The translations under genes and the position numbers were made by a program. The notes under the pieces are model-generated. The model was not told the DNA's origin, did not search any database, and saw nothing but the letters and a program-made list of their open reading frames with translations. DNA of 64,000 bases, taken from positions 24,304,001 to 24,368,000 of the forward strand of contig OX597816.1 of assembly GCA_951406725.2 (NCBI GenBank). Reading direction: 5' to 3'. Every line of letters starts with the position of its first letter. The first letter of the stretch is position 1. This DNA comes from Octopus vulgaris. Its lineage: Eukaryota. Of the stretch, positions 1 to 12,087 are shown in pieces.

Positions 1-612
1 TCGTGTGTATAGGCAGATAGAAGCATGTTATCTTTCTGTATTATTTATTTGTAGACGGGGAAAATAAGGATCACTGGAAATAATTTTAATCCTATTTGGG
101 GGGATTTAGAAGAATTTATAGACGCATGGGTATCCTCTTTTACTACGTATGGACAGTTTTCATAAACCAACCATTGTTAAGGGTATGAGGAAATTAAATA
201 GACCAGTTTGCATACATAACACAATGTTTGCGGTTAGTAGGATAAATATATTACCTGAGCGTCAGCAGTTTTCGGTTTAAAGCTATTACTGTGTCATAGA
301 ATATACATACATACATTCATACATACATACATACATACATACATACATACATACATACATACATACATACATACTTACATACATACACATATATGTATAT
401 ATACTCTTTTACTCTTTTACTTGTTTCAGTCGTTTGACTGTAGCCATGTTGGAGCACTGTCTTTAGTCGAGCAAATCGACCTCAGAACTTATTCTTTGTG
501 AGCCTAGTACTTGTTCTATCGGCTTCTTTTGCCGAACCGCTAAGTTACGGGGACGTAAACACACCAGCATCGGTTGTCAAGCGATGTTGGGAGTGGGACA
601 AACACAGACATA

Positions 613-664
<52 letters not shown>

Positions 665-1977
665 CAGGGTGGGGGAAAAGTAAGGAAGCATTAGAAAATG
701 CTAATAAAATCCATATTCCTTTTACAAATTTATTGAAACAAAGGATACATGTTCTTTATTACATGGGAAGATGAAAATAAATCTTCATATTTCAACGTAA
801 GCACCGGTGGCGTTAACCAGTTTCCTCAAACAGCCAAGTATGGAATGAACAACCTTCTGAAGGACGTCGTCTGGGATATCACTGATAAGCTCCCGAATCC
901 GTGTCTCTAAGTCCTCCAGCGTGCGAGGTTTTGTGTTGTACACCTCTTCTTTTGTGTAACCCCGCAAGTAAAAATCACATGGAGTGAAATCTGGACTTTT
1001 TGGAGTTCTGGACTTCTGCGGTCACAGTATCCTGCGAATGTTAACTCCTGCACGTAATGGAGTTTCTACGGACGAAGATTCAATTCTTTATGCAACACCG
1101 TACATATTGTGTGTCTTGTTTGTTCACTTTCACGAGCTGCTTGACGTGTTGATTTTTCGCGGGCTGCGATTAAACATTTTCTGCACTGTTGCCATGTTCT
1201 GCGCTGATCGGGATGTGGTTGGACGGCCACTTCTTGCATCGTTCACAGAGCCCGTGGTCATTAGCTTTACATGACAACTCTTTATTGCCTCCGGACGTAA
1301 TGTTGCATGCTTATCTTTCCATGCACGCCACCATATCTGAACCGAATCAATGGAATTCCACACTTCATAGCGTGCTGCTATCTTAGCTCGCTCCTGAACA
1401 GTCAAGCGACCGGCCATCTGGAAAATAAGAAATAAGAAACACGACAATAAGAAAATAAGAAATCCCCATTAGCGTTGTCTGTTTAAAAATTGCTTTCGTC
1501 ATGACTTTGGTGATATTGAAAATTCTAAAGCGGCGAGCTGGCAGAAACGTTAGCACGCCGGGCGAAATGCTTAGCGGCATTCCGTCTGCGTTACGTTGTG
1601 AGTTCAAATTCCGCCGAGGTTCTCTTTGCCTTTCATCCTTTCGGGGTCGATAAATTAAGTACCAGTTACGCACTGGCATCGGTGTAATCAACTTAATCCG
1701 TTTGTCTGTCCTTGTTTGTCCTCTGTGTTTAGCCCCTTGTGGGCAGTAAAGAAATAGGTATTTTGTCTGTCCTTACATTCTGAGTTCAAATTCCGCCGAT
1801 GTCGACTTTGCCTTTTATCCATTCGGTGTTGATAAATTAAGTACTAGTTGCATACTGGAGTTGATCTAATTGACTGGTCCCCTCCGCCAAAATTTCGGGC
1901 CCTGTTCTTAGAGTAGAAAAGGATATTAAAAACTCTATAAGCAATTTGTAATCCCTAGTTACTTTCCAGCCATCCTG
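665..1977 (-). mobile_element. Degenerate Tc1/mariner-superfamily DNA transposon (DUF4817-type HTH transposase), internally deleted, with SINE insertion
   Basis: Imperfect TIRs are ta|CAGGGTGGGGGAAAAGTAA (665) and TTACTTTCCAGCCATCCTG (1959-1977). Minus-strand pieces read MAGRLTVQER...TTGSVNDARSGRPTT and SPDFTPCDFYLRGYTKEEVYNTKPRTLEDLETRI. Confidence 0.8.
1529..1920 (+). mobile_element. tRNA-derived SINE family B (GGCGGCGAGCTGGCAGAA head, GCCTTTCATCCTTTCGGGGTCGATAAA central domain)
   Basis: The same sequence recurs at 2385-2563(-), 4527-4750, 7309-7930, 8204-8436, 34351-34740, 38039-38270, 42815-43285, 46466-46600(-) and 63174-63345. It has a B-box-like GAGTTCAAATTCC. Confidence 0.85.
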
Positions 1978-2115
1978 ATTGCATGCATGCATACATACAT
2001 GCGGCACCTTGGGCAAGTGCCTTCTCCTTGGGCCTCAGGTCGACCAAAGCTTTGTGAGTGGATTTGGTAGACAGGTACTGAAAGAAATCTGTCGAATATA
2101 TATATATATGTGCGC

Positions 2116-2157
<42 letters not shown>

Positions 2158-2639
2158 CTTTGTCAGTCCCCCACCTCCGCTTGACAATCGGTGTTCGTGT
2201 GTTTACGTCTACGTAACTTAGTGGTTCGGCAAAAAGAGACTGATAGAATAAGTACCAAGTTTTTTTTTTTTAAATTAAGTATTGGGGTGGATTCATTCGA
2301 TTAAACATTCTTGAAGGCGGTGTATGCATGCATGTATGTATGTATGTATGTATGCATGTATGTATAACTTGTGTAAAATATATATTTCGTTATTGCCCAC
2401 AAGGGGTTAAACATAGAGGGGACAAACAAGGACAGACAAAGGGATTAAGTCGATTACATCGACCCCAGTGCTTAACTGGTACTTTATTTATCGACCCCGA
2501 AAGGATGAGAGGCAAAGTCAACCTCGGCGGAATTTGAACTCAGAACGTAATGACAGACGAAATAACTTGTGCAAAATATAATCATCTAATATTGTTACAG
2601 ATGTTGGTAAATCACTTCTCGTAAGCATAAATTGATATT

Positions 2640-4800
2640 AATATATGCAAATTTTCAATGTGAAATTATGGAAGAATAAATTATTTTTCGTCTTCCATCG
2701 CTTTTGGATCTGCGAACATTTTGACGATATGACTTTTTGATGAGGTATTTTAAAAACGTATTGAAATCTCAGTCAGTTCCTGCATGATATTTATAGTTGA
2801 ATTTCTGTCCATGACCTCCGAAGAGTTGCATGATATGACTCCGTAACATAGATCAACACTTGCACGTGAAGATGCTTCTTGCAAGATGATGCAGAATAAA
2901 ACAGCATTGTTAAAGAGGCTGTAGAATCGCATTTCAGAAGCAAGCAAGAAGAGATACTTTGCTATCATGTTCGATGCTTTGTTCAGCACTCACTTCTCTG
3001 CAACTCTGATATAATTATCAGAGCAGCATGACAGAAGATATACTATATCAAACGCAAGAAGAGAAAAATACCTATATCGATAGCTTATCTTTGCCATATA
3101 CGATCAAGCACTGGTTCTCGGTAAAAATAAACTGATCACTTTGGCTGGCAATGAACATGAAAATTGTGATCTGTCAGCCTCAGTTCGAATTGCAACTGCA
3201 AATCTCACGCAAGAGATTATTTAGTCAAGCAGCTATGGTATTCAAGAACTGAAATAGAATATCTACCAAAATCAATACTACTGGTTCGAGATAAAAAAAA
3301 ATTTTTAATGATTTATATAAGGATAGAAGAAGATTTGCATAACTCGGAAGTAAGCTTTTCATGGAGTCTCGTTCTGAACAGGAAAAGAATTTATTTGATC
3401 AACCAGATAAAGTTCATTCACTCAATCAGACTGCTATTATTGTGGCTTCAGCAGGAAGTGCTGCAACTTTACACACAGACAGCTGGATTTACTGATTTTA
3501 AGCTTTCCGTTAGTCTTCTATACCATGACAGAACTGTTTGTAATTTTGGCAAAGGATCTAGACGAACGGATTTCTGAAGCAGACCGAACTGAAAGAATGA
3601 GATATCTATACAGTATCTCACAGTCTTGTATTTGAAGTTTTCGGTTGCATCTTACAAGATCTTAGAGGTAACACTAACACCATTGGGGAGATACAATTTT
3701 ACTCTTTTGAGGTTGCAGGCAAATTCTGCGAATCTTCCTAATGGACACGCCCGCTGACCAGTTGAGAATAAATATCAATGAAATTTATATTGCTTTTAGG
3801 AGATGCCCCTGCAGCCAATTTTGCAAAAATGTTACGTAAAACTACAGGCAGGAGGGTAATGTTCAACTATCAATTGTTGTTTTTTGTTCCTTCTCGAGCC
3901 ATGCCTGGTTCATAAGGGCCGGTTTCCCAGTTTCCTTGGCGTATAGGTTCCCCACCTGGACGGAACGCCGGTCCGTCGCAGGTGAGCTGCAATATGCAGG
4001 AGGAAAGAGTAAGAGAAAGTTATGGCGAAAGAGTCAGCAGAGGTTCGTCATTACCTTCTGCCGGGGCTACGTGGAGCTTAGATGTTTCGCTTGTAAACAC
4101 ACACATCGCCCGGTCTCAGATTCGAACCTGCAATCCCTCGACTGCGAGTCCGCTGCTCTAACCACTAGGCCATGTGCCTCCACTCACTATCAATTGACAT
4201 TGATAGTACAGATGTTAAAAATATAAAATAAAAACTGAAACAGTTATCAACACATCTATAGAAATAATATTGAAAGTTTATCCAAGCCTCTCACAGAATT
4301 TTGGAAACCATTAAAGAGTTTCTTTCTGTCATAGGTCTCAAAAAGGACATTCTGAGGGATTTTAATGTCATAAATCTTTCAGTATATACCGGTCCAGACC
4401 AGATGGAACAAGTTTACACCGTATTCCATGCTGAAGATGCTGCCAAACTATCCAACAGAGTTTCTCGGTTTTCTTCAACCTACAACTCTCCTTCCTCACA
4501 ATCTGTAGCTGATAATACGAGCAAGTCGGCGAGCTGGCAGAAACGTTAGCACGCCGGGCGAAATGCGTAGCCGTTTTTCGTCTGCTGCTACGTTCTGAGT
4601 TCAAATTCCGCCGAGGTCGACTCTGCCTTTCATCCTCTCGGAGTCGATTAAATAAGTACAAGTTACGCACTGGGCTCGATATAATCGACTTAATCCGTTT
4701 ATCTGTCCTTGCTTGTCCTCTCTATGTTTAGCCCTTTGTAGACAACAAAAAAAATAATTATGTTGCTATGAAAAATCAGAGACCTTAAAGATTCCAACTT
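2640..4800 (+). pseudogene. Fossil Helitron RepHel coding region (Pif1-type helicase), frameshifted and interrupted by SINEs
   Basis: Degenerate motifs appear in the correct order: LLQDDAE..VKEA..YFAIM (~2875-2970), TGK Walker A remnant (~3378), QTAIIVASAGSAATL (~3427-3470), ILQDLRGN (~3649), RQILR...TPADQL (~3717-3765), YPTEFLGFLQPTTLLPHNL (~4449-4505). Confidence 0.7.
3877..4183 (-). mobile_element. tRNA-derived SINE family C (V-domain-like CCTGCGACGGACCGGCGTCCCGTCCAGG), with TSD
   Basis: The head GTGGAGGCACATGGCCTAGTGGTTAGAGC...GGTTCGAATC has A/B boxes. The TSD ACTATCAATTG lies at 3866-3876 and 4186-4196. Related copies occur at 4900-5170(-), 18195-18530(-), 37401-37664(-) and 44450-44700(+). 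Confidence 0.85.
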
Positions 4801-5673
4801 TAAACCTGTATCTACATTACAAAAAATCAACTTTCTTTTAGTTCTGTTTCTGTTAGTCTGTATGTTGTAGGTGTTCTAAGGGTATCTTTCTTGCTTCTTT
4901 GTCACCCTTTACAAGCCTCCGGTTTCTGTGGCGTATGTGTTCCCCCACAGCTGAACCGGACGTCAGTCCATCGCAGCGTTACTCAAGAAACAGGAAGAGA
5001 GAGAAAGTTGTAGTGAAAGAGTACAACAGGGGTTGCCACCCATCCCCCTGCCGGAGCCTCGTGGAGCTTTTTTTTAGGTGTTTTCGCTCAATAAACACAC
5101 ACAACGCCCGGTCTGGGAATCGAAACCGCGAGTCCGCTGTCCTAACCACTGGGCCATTGCGCCCCCCACGAAGGAATCACTGCCGACCAGAATATTCAAA
5201 ATAACGAATACGGCATCTGAACAATCATGGGAAACCATGCTTACACAAGAAATAGTCCAGATGCTTCAAAAATAAATAAAGGTGTCAAGATATGATGAGA
5301 TCGCAAATCTTTAGTGAAAATATTTAGTGTATAGTTTTGTGTATTTATTTTCACGTCTTCGTTCTATCATCATGATTTATAACGTCAGCGTTTCACATTT
5401 GTTGTTTTTTTATTCATTACTTGCGCTTTCGTTGTATTCTTTCTTATATATGTCCTTTATCGATTTCTGGTATTTTATTGTGCTTTGAAACTACGCTTCT
5501 TAAGCCAACTAATCTATTACATCCAAGATATTTTGCATCCAAATATTGTGCGAGAATATTATCGTAGTTTCGATCTCTTGGGTAAGATGACGCTGTTAAA
5601 ATATGCACGTCAAATAGAAACATATTTCTCTCATCCATTTATGTATACTCTGTGCGTGTGTGTGTGCGTGTGT

Positions 5674-6270
5674 ACTTTTTACTCTTTTACTTGTTTCAGT
5701 CATTTGATTGCGGCCATGCTGGAGCACCGCCTTTAGTCGAGCAAATCGGCCCTAGGACTTATTTTTTGTAAGGCTAGTACTTATTCTATCGGTCTCTTTT
5801 GCCGAACCGCTAAGTTACGGGGATGTAAACACACCAGCATCGGTTGTCAAGCGATGTTGAGGTGGGGGGACGAACACAGACACACAAACACACACATATA
5901 TATACATATATACACATGCATATATACGACGGACTTTTTTCAGTTTCCGTCTACCAAATCCAATCACAAGGCTTTGGTCGGCCCGAGGCTATAGTAGAAG
6001 ATACTTGCCCAATGTGGCACGCAGTGGGAATGAACCCGGGACCACGTGGTTGGTAAACAAGCTACTTACCACACAGCCACTCCTGCGCCTATATATGCAT
6101 ATATATGACGGGCTTCTTTCAGTTTCCGTCTACCAAATCCAATCACAAGGCTTTGGTCGGCCCAAGGCTATAGTAGAAGATACTTGCCCAAGGTGGCACG
6201 CAGTGGGAATGAACCCGGATCCACGTGGTTGGTAAGCAAGCTACTTACCATACAGCCACTCCTGCGCCTA
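5674..6270 (-). mobile_element. Dominant tRNA-derived SINE family A (octopus-type, internal (CA)n/(TA)n microsatellite), here with a duplicated 5' half
   Basis: The head is AGGCGCAGGAGTGGCTGTGTGGTAAG...GGTTC...CACCTTGGGCAAGTG and the tail is GACTGAAACAAGTAAAAGAGTA. More than 15 copies occur in the window (e.g. 404-660, 2000-2320, 9524-9970, 12590-12945, 16988-17400, 26500-26870, 29296-29704, 39981-40380, 43716-43900, 51005-52525). Confidence 0.9.
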
Positions 6271-6838
6271 TTATTTAAGTTAATTTAATATTTGTTTAAT
6301 TGGGAGTGTATTGGTCAAGGTGACCTACTCCGGTTCGAAAAATCAGAAATCTGGGAATGCTTTGGAGTAAAAGGTTTGAGAAAATCAATGTTGTACATCA
6401 AGTACAAGTCTTTTAGAAAAATAGTTCCTGCCATTCAGATTGAGCTACAGTTTAGACGTGTTGTAAAAAAATAAAAGGTGATCATTGAAGTCTGTTGTTA
6501 CAGATTAATGAATGCTGTTGCCATGGATTAATAAATTCTGTTGCCACGGATTAATAAATGCTCATGACACAAATCTATGTATAGTACTTAGGTGTTTTTC
6601 TCAGAAATTGGTAATTTTTGTCAAGCCCGTTCGCTTGCTATTCGATTGCAGTTTTTATCGTGTTATTGTTTACCTCACTTGTCATGCTCTGCTATATTTG
6701 TGACATTATAGATTTTATTTTTTTCTTTATTCATATCCCTTATTATTATCCATTCTGCTTTTTTTTTTATTGTGCTGTATGCTTTTATTTCATGTTCTCC
6801 ACCAAATGCTTTAACCTTTATTGATGTTGGTATGTTAC

Positions 6839-6905
<67 letters not shown>

Positions 6906-7308
6906 TGTTAATGTCTCAGTAAGAACTTTTTTTTATTTGTTTCCAATACATTTTTCTCCCGAAAGAAGTATTCTCTTGTCTATAAAGCATCTTTATCATC
7001 AATGATTTGGTTGATATGATTTGCATAAGAGTTTTTTTTTTTCGAGATTTCTGGAATTCTCTGGTTATTTCAACTTTTCTTTCTCTCTCTCTTTTATATG
7101 AGACTCCTCTTTTAAAAATTTAGCCAGTCTTCCTCTGTCATGGTGAAGATTAAAAATAAAATAAGAAATGCGCCCTTCCGTGCAGCTGTTAGCTTGTATA
7201 TGTAGCTTGAGCAGTGATATTATTCTAATTGTTGATATAATTATTCGAGGTGGCACAAACGTTAGCATGCCGGACAAAAATGATTAGCGGTATCTCTCCG
7301 ACTTTATA

Positions 7309-7930
7309 AGGCGGCGAACTGGCAGAATTGTTAGCACGCCGGGCGAAATGCGTAGCCGTATTTCGTCTGTCGTTACGTTCTGAGCTCAAATTCCGCCGAG
7401 GTCGACTTTGCTTTTCATCCTTTCGGGGTCGATTAAATAAGTACCAGTTACGCACTGGGGTCGATATAATCGACTTAATCCGTTTGTCTGTCCTTGTTTG
7501 TCCTCTCTGTGTTTAGCCCCTTGTGGGTAGTAAAGAAATAGGTATTTGAGGGCGGCGAGCTGGCAGAAACGTTAGCACGCCGGGCGAAATGCTTAGCGGT
7601 ATTTCGTCTGCCGTTACGCTCTGGATCGATTAAATAAGTACCAGTTACGCACTGAGGTCGATATAATCGACTTAATCCGTTTGTCTGTCCTTGTTTGTCC
7701 CCTCTATGTTTAGCCCCTTGTGGGCAGTAAAGAAATAAGAAACGTTAGCACGCTAGGCGAAATGCTCAGCGGTATTTCCTCTGCCGCTATGTTCTGAGCT
7801 CAAATTCCGCCGAGGTCGACTTTGCCTTTCATCCTTTCGGGGTTGATTAAATAAGTACCAGCTGAGCACTTGGGTCAATGTAATCAACTAGACCCTTTTC
7901 TTAAAGAATTTCAAGCCTTGTGCCTTTGGT
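7309..7930 (+). mobile_element. Tandem cluster of three SINE family B copies
   Basis: Heads begin at 7309, 7549 and ~7738, head-to-tail. Confidence 0.8.
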
Positions 7931-7974
7931 AGAGATGATTATTATTAATTATTTGATGAAAACTCTCAGCTTTC

Positions 7975-8203
7975 TTTTGCTGGGTGTGATGGAAAGGGTC
8001 AGCTTTCCACAGCCAGCATACTATGGTGACACTTGTTTACTGGCCATGCTTCAAGAACTCTGCGAAGAATTCATGCAGTTCCAAGTAATGCTGAGTTTTG
8101 AAGGTGTTCTGTCTTTACATTTGTATTAATCTTTTTGAACCAAGATGGTAGTTGAGTGCTGATACTTCCAAGTGCACCAATTACTATTGGTATCACTTCT
8201 ACT
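7975..8203 (-). mobile_element. 3' end of R4/Dong-like (restriction-like endonuclease) non-LTR retrotransposon, interrupted by a SINE
   Basis: The minus strand reads VEVIPIVIGALGSISTQLPSWFKKINTNVKTEHLQNSALLGTA*ILRRVLEA, homologous to the 21637-21834 ORF. Confidence 0.7.
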
Positions 8204-8436
8204 AAGGCGGCGAGCTGGCAGAAATGTTAGCACGCTGGGCGAAATGCTCAGCAGTATTTCGGCTGCCGTTACGTTCTGAGTTCAAATTCCGCCGATGTCG
8301 ACTTTGCCTTTCATCCTTTCGGGGTTGATAAATTAAGTACCAGTTACGCACTGGGGTCGATGTAATCGACTTAATCCGTTTGTCTGTCCTTGTTTGTCCT
8401 CTCTGTGTTTAGCCCCTTGTGGGCAATAAAGAAATA
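8204..8436 (+). mobile_element. SINE family B copy with 15-bp TSD
   Basis: GGTATCACTTCTACT is duplicated at 8189-8203 and 8437-8451. Confidence 0.9.
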
Positions 8437-10554
8437 GGTATCACTTCTACTCTCCTCATTGATCAAGTAGTAGTAGTAGTAATGGTGGTGGTGGTCGTCG
8501 TGGTCGTGGTGGTGGCCGCGGAGGCGGTTCTTGGTAACGTGCGAGTCAGTCTGCTTTTGTATTTGTATTATAAAATGCAATTTTGAGAAATTTGGGAAGA
8601 AAATACTTAGAGACGTTGCGTCAGGAATAGAATTCGAGCGAAGAAAAGATGTATTTTTGCTTCGAACATGAAAGATAATATCGTTTTGTTTTAAAAGTGT
8701 TTGCCTAAATCAATAAACAATTACATCAGATACATTACATTAGATTAGCACGAAATGTTCCTGTTATAGAAAGCAACAATAATAAAAACAAAGGTAACGC
8801 TGCTGTTAGTTTACAAGATCAGAGCACCAAATAGAACTTTGGTATTGATAAGACAAAACCAGCATTAAAACCAGTGAAAGCACTAACAGTTACTTTTGGC
8901 AAAGCTGCAGTTGTAATAATGGTAACAACAATCAAAATTTTACCAACAGACATAGAAACAACACATTCTTTTAGTTGAAATAGCTAAGTAGTTTAAATAG
9001 CTATCTGCATCGTCTGATGTTGAGAAAGATTTGTGAGAGTTTCAACGTCATTAGATAAATGTAACAGGTTTTCTAAGGAAAAATGTTTGCAGGAGGAGAA
9101 AAACTCAAACGAGATAGTTATTGGTTTTTGCTCTTGGGTGTATTTACAGACAAGAAAATAAATCATTTGAATTCGCATGAATATTGCTCCTCACAGTATG
9201 AATGTTAATGCTGGGTTATGAACTATATATCATGTCTCTATCTGTTGAGTTATATAAAATTTATATCATTTCTTCTCATCATGGTGAGAAGACGTAATAT
9301 AAATTGATGGAGAATTATGAATGGAATGTATCTACGAGGAAAATGTCAAGAGTTGAAAATTCTAGTATTGTGCAAGCTTTCAAGAAGGAGCATAGGATTT
9401 TGTGATGCTGTACACTTAAGGTTTCCGTTGAAGGAAATATTTCATTCATGAGGTTTTTCTTTGTTGGGAACAGAGCTGTTCTGAGATTTACATTTCAACT
9501 ACTATAGTCTACAAAAATATTCAGGCACAAGGTTGTTGCGTGGTAAGAAGTTAGCTGCCTAACCACATGGTTCCGGTTTCAGTCCCGCTGTGTGACACTT
9601 TGCGCAGGTGTCTTCTACTATAGCCTCGGGCCGACCAAAGCTTTGTGAGTGGACGTGGTGGACAGAAGCTGAAAGAAGCCCATCATGTGTGTGTGTATGT
9701 TTGTGTTTGTGTGTGTGTGTATGCTTGTGTGTGTGTATGTTTATGTGTGTGTGTCTTTGAGTCTGTGTTTGTCCCTCACTACCGCTTAAAAACCGGTGTT
9801 GGTTTGATTATGTCCCCCTACCAAAGCGGTTCCGCAAAAAGAGACAGATAAAGTAAGTACCAAGCTTGAAAAAAGTAAGTATTGGGGTTGATTCGTTCGA
9901 CTAAAATTCTTGAAGGCGGTACTTCACTATGGCCGCAGCCTAATGACTGAAACAAGTAAAAGATAAAAGAGAAGCCAGGTATGGTTACCATAATAGTGCT
10001 ACATTGAGAGTTCTATCTATGGGGGCAACGAAGTGTTCTTCGTACGCAAGAAAATATCAAATTTCGACGAACGCTGCCCACCTTCGCTACTCCCTCCAGT
10101 TTGTTATTGTCGTGAAAGATTACTTACCTGGTCTTGGACACATTCGAGATAAAGATACACGAAGACTATTGTTCAGGACATTTCGCTGGAAGTGAATGAA
10201 TGGTAATTGTTTTCGTTGATAATTAGAGAAAAAATGGCGGCGAGCTGGCAGAAACGTTAGCACGCCGGGCGAAATACTTTGCGGTATTTCGTCTGCCGCT
10301 ACGTTCTGAGTTCAAATTCCACCCAGGTCGAATAGAGAAGATTAATAATTAGAGAGACGGCGACGAGCTAGCAGAATCGTTAGCAGATCGGACAAACTGC
10401 TTGACGGCATGTTCAAATTTCGCTGAGGTCGGTTCTATCTTTTATCATTTCAAGGCGCCATAAAATAAATATCAGTTGAACACGAGGGTCAATGTTATTG
10501 ACTTACCCACTTACGGAGATATCATGTAAGCTTTTCTTTCTTTTTTTTAATTTT

Positions 10555-10777
10555 AAGAATTCCTCGTCATATTGCGGTTCACCTATCGCGGTTTATTATT
10601 TAAGCTTATGTCGATCCCTCCGTGGTGTTGTTTTGCATTTATAATATGATAAATATATACAAATTATAAAAATTATTAAAAAAATATACCGTACACTACT
10701 GTTTCTACTTCGTGGATTTTCGCCTATCGCAGGGGTTTTCGGAACGTAATACCCGTGACAGTTGAGGCATTATTGTA
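10555..10777. mobile_element. Probable Tc1/pogo(Tigger)-type MITE remnant
   Basis: Degenerate ends ATTCCTCGTCATATTGCGG and CCGTGACAGTTGAGGCATTATTG|TA, with an internal repeated CCTATCGC motif. Confidence 0.4.
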
Positions 10778-10849
10778 GATCTCAGTTTAATTCAAATTTC
10801 AGCAACCAGTGGCGTATTCGATACCATTCAGTGTCATGAACTTTGGGGT

Positions 10850-10918
<69 letters not shown>

Positions 10919-11014
10919 AGAGAGAGAGAGTGGGGTTCTTATCAAGCATTTAGTGAGTAACTTTTTCAGGTTTATACTGCACGTCCAAAAAGAAAAGCAT
11001 TGAACACGAATTTC

Positions 11015-11450
11015 GGATCTTTTCGGGTTCAACGGCAGTTTTTAACATAATTTCTAGGTACCTAAAAAATTGGAAACTTCGTATACTGGTAGAATGTGTT
11101 TATAAAACATCTTTTTCTCTTGGCTTTATTGAGAAAATTTTATAGTTTGTAAGATATTTGTTGTTTTTTTTTCTTCAATTTCTGCAATTTCAACCAATCA
11201 GTGACGTCCATTGAGTTAAAAAGCATTCTGTGCCGTATGAATATGTCCCTCGTTTAAGAAACAGGTTGGGTTTATTTACATTTGTGAAGAAAAAAAGATA
11301 CCCTTCCCCTACCCCTAACCCTAACTAACCCTAACTAACCCTAACCCTAAAAGAGATTGAAATGCAATAGATTGATTCTAGTGTCATAATTATGGGTGAC
11401 ACTTTCATATGACACCGCTAGAAAAACTGCCGTTCAAACCGAAAAGATCC
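11015..11450. mobile_element. 436-bp MITE with GG-starting TIRs, 8-bp TSD and internal (CCCTAA)n tract
   Basis: TIRs are GGATCTTTTCGGGTTCAACGGCAGTTTTT and AAAAACTGCCGTTCAAACCGAAAAGATCC. The TSD CGAATTTC lies at 11007-11014 and 11451-11458. Confidence 0.9.
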
Positions 11451-11648
11451 CGAATTTCTGACTAACTACTTGATAACGGATCTGCTAAAAATAAGCAAAA
11501 GGAATTCCGTTTAAGAGGAGTGCCGAATTAATAATCAACTTGTTAACTCACATCCTGATGAGAGTGTGTATACAGTAAGTATGTATAGTAAGATGGATGG
11601 ATGGAGCAGACCGAAAGATTAACTAGTGGTTCTCATATAGGCTTGATC

Positions 11649-11696
11649 ACTATGCTACTTGTCCTATATGCTACTTGTCCTATATGCTACTTGTAC
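11649..11696. repeat. Three copies of a 16-bp unit (CTATATGCTACTTGTC)
   Basis: Direct reading; it lies ~70 nt upstream of the exon 1 acceptor. Confidence 0.8.
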
Positions 11697-11798
11697 TCTA
11701 TTTCTTTGATCATTAACGTGAATAACCAACTCTAATGTTCATTTTTTCTTTCTTTCTATATATTCCAGAGTTTGAAATTCAAGAAAGAACTGCCAACC

Positions 11799-12087
11799 AT
11801 GAGATATAAACAACAAATCATCATTGTCTTAACTGCTCTTTTTATGGTATACACTGCTGTTGCTAGACGAAGCGATACTCGTGCACGAAGCAGAGGTGCA
11901 GGTGCTATACGTAAACCTCGCGATGGACCTATAGAGGAAGGCATGTGTGACCTTGAGCTGTCTTGCCGCGGAGAAGCAACTGTACCAATAAAGCTGCCGA
12001 TAAGGGGACCACGTGGACCGGCTGGACTTGATGGCGAGAAAGGAGAACCTGGTACGGCTGGGGTGCCCGGACTTCCTGGTGTCCCTG
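11799..12087 (+). CDS. Collagen-C1q domain (C1q/TNF-related) secreted protein, coding exon 1: signal peptide, Cys pair, collagen-like Gly-X-Y repeat
   Basis: A polypyrimidine tract and ttccAG acceptor (11767-68) precede an ATG in good context (gccaaccATG). Translation gives MRYKQQIIIVLTALFMVYTAVA (hydrophobic signal), CDLELSC, then GPR GPA GLD GEK GEP GTA GVP GLP GVP G. The phase-1 donor G|GTATGT is at 12088. Confidence 0.9.

Noticed and set aside
11313-11350. Chromosome end or fusion scar
   Set aside because: A short CCCTAA tract internal to a TIR/TSD-bounded MITE.
11551-11625. CTGATGA...GAAA as another hammerhead (also CTGATGA at ~44203 and ~58791)
   Set aside because: No convincing helices I-III can be formed around the core.
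11772-11798. ORF-track start at TTG 11772
   Set aside because: This is a eukaryotic gene; the ATG at 11799 has good context and begins the signal peptide.
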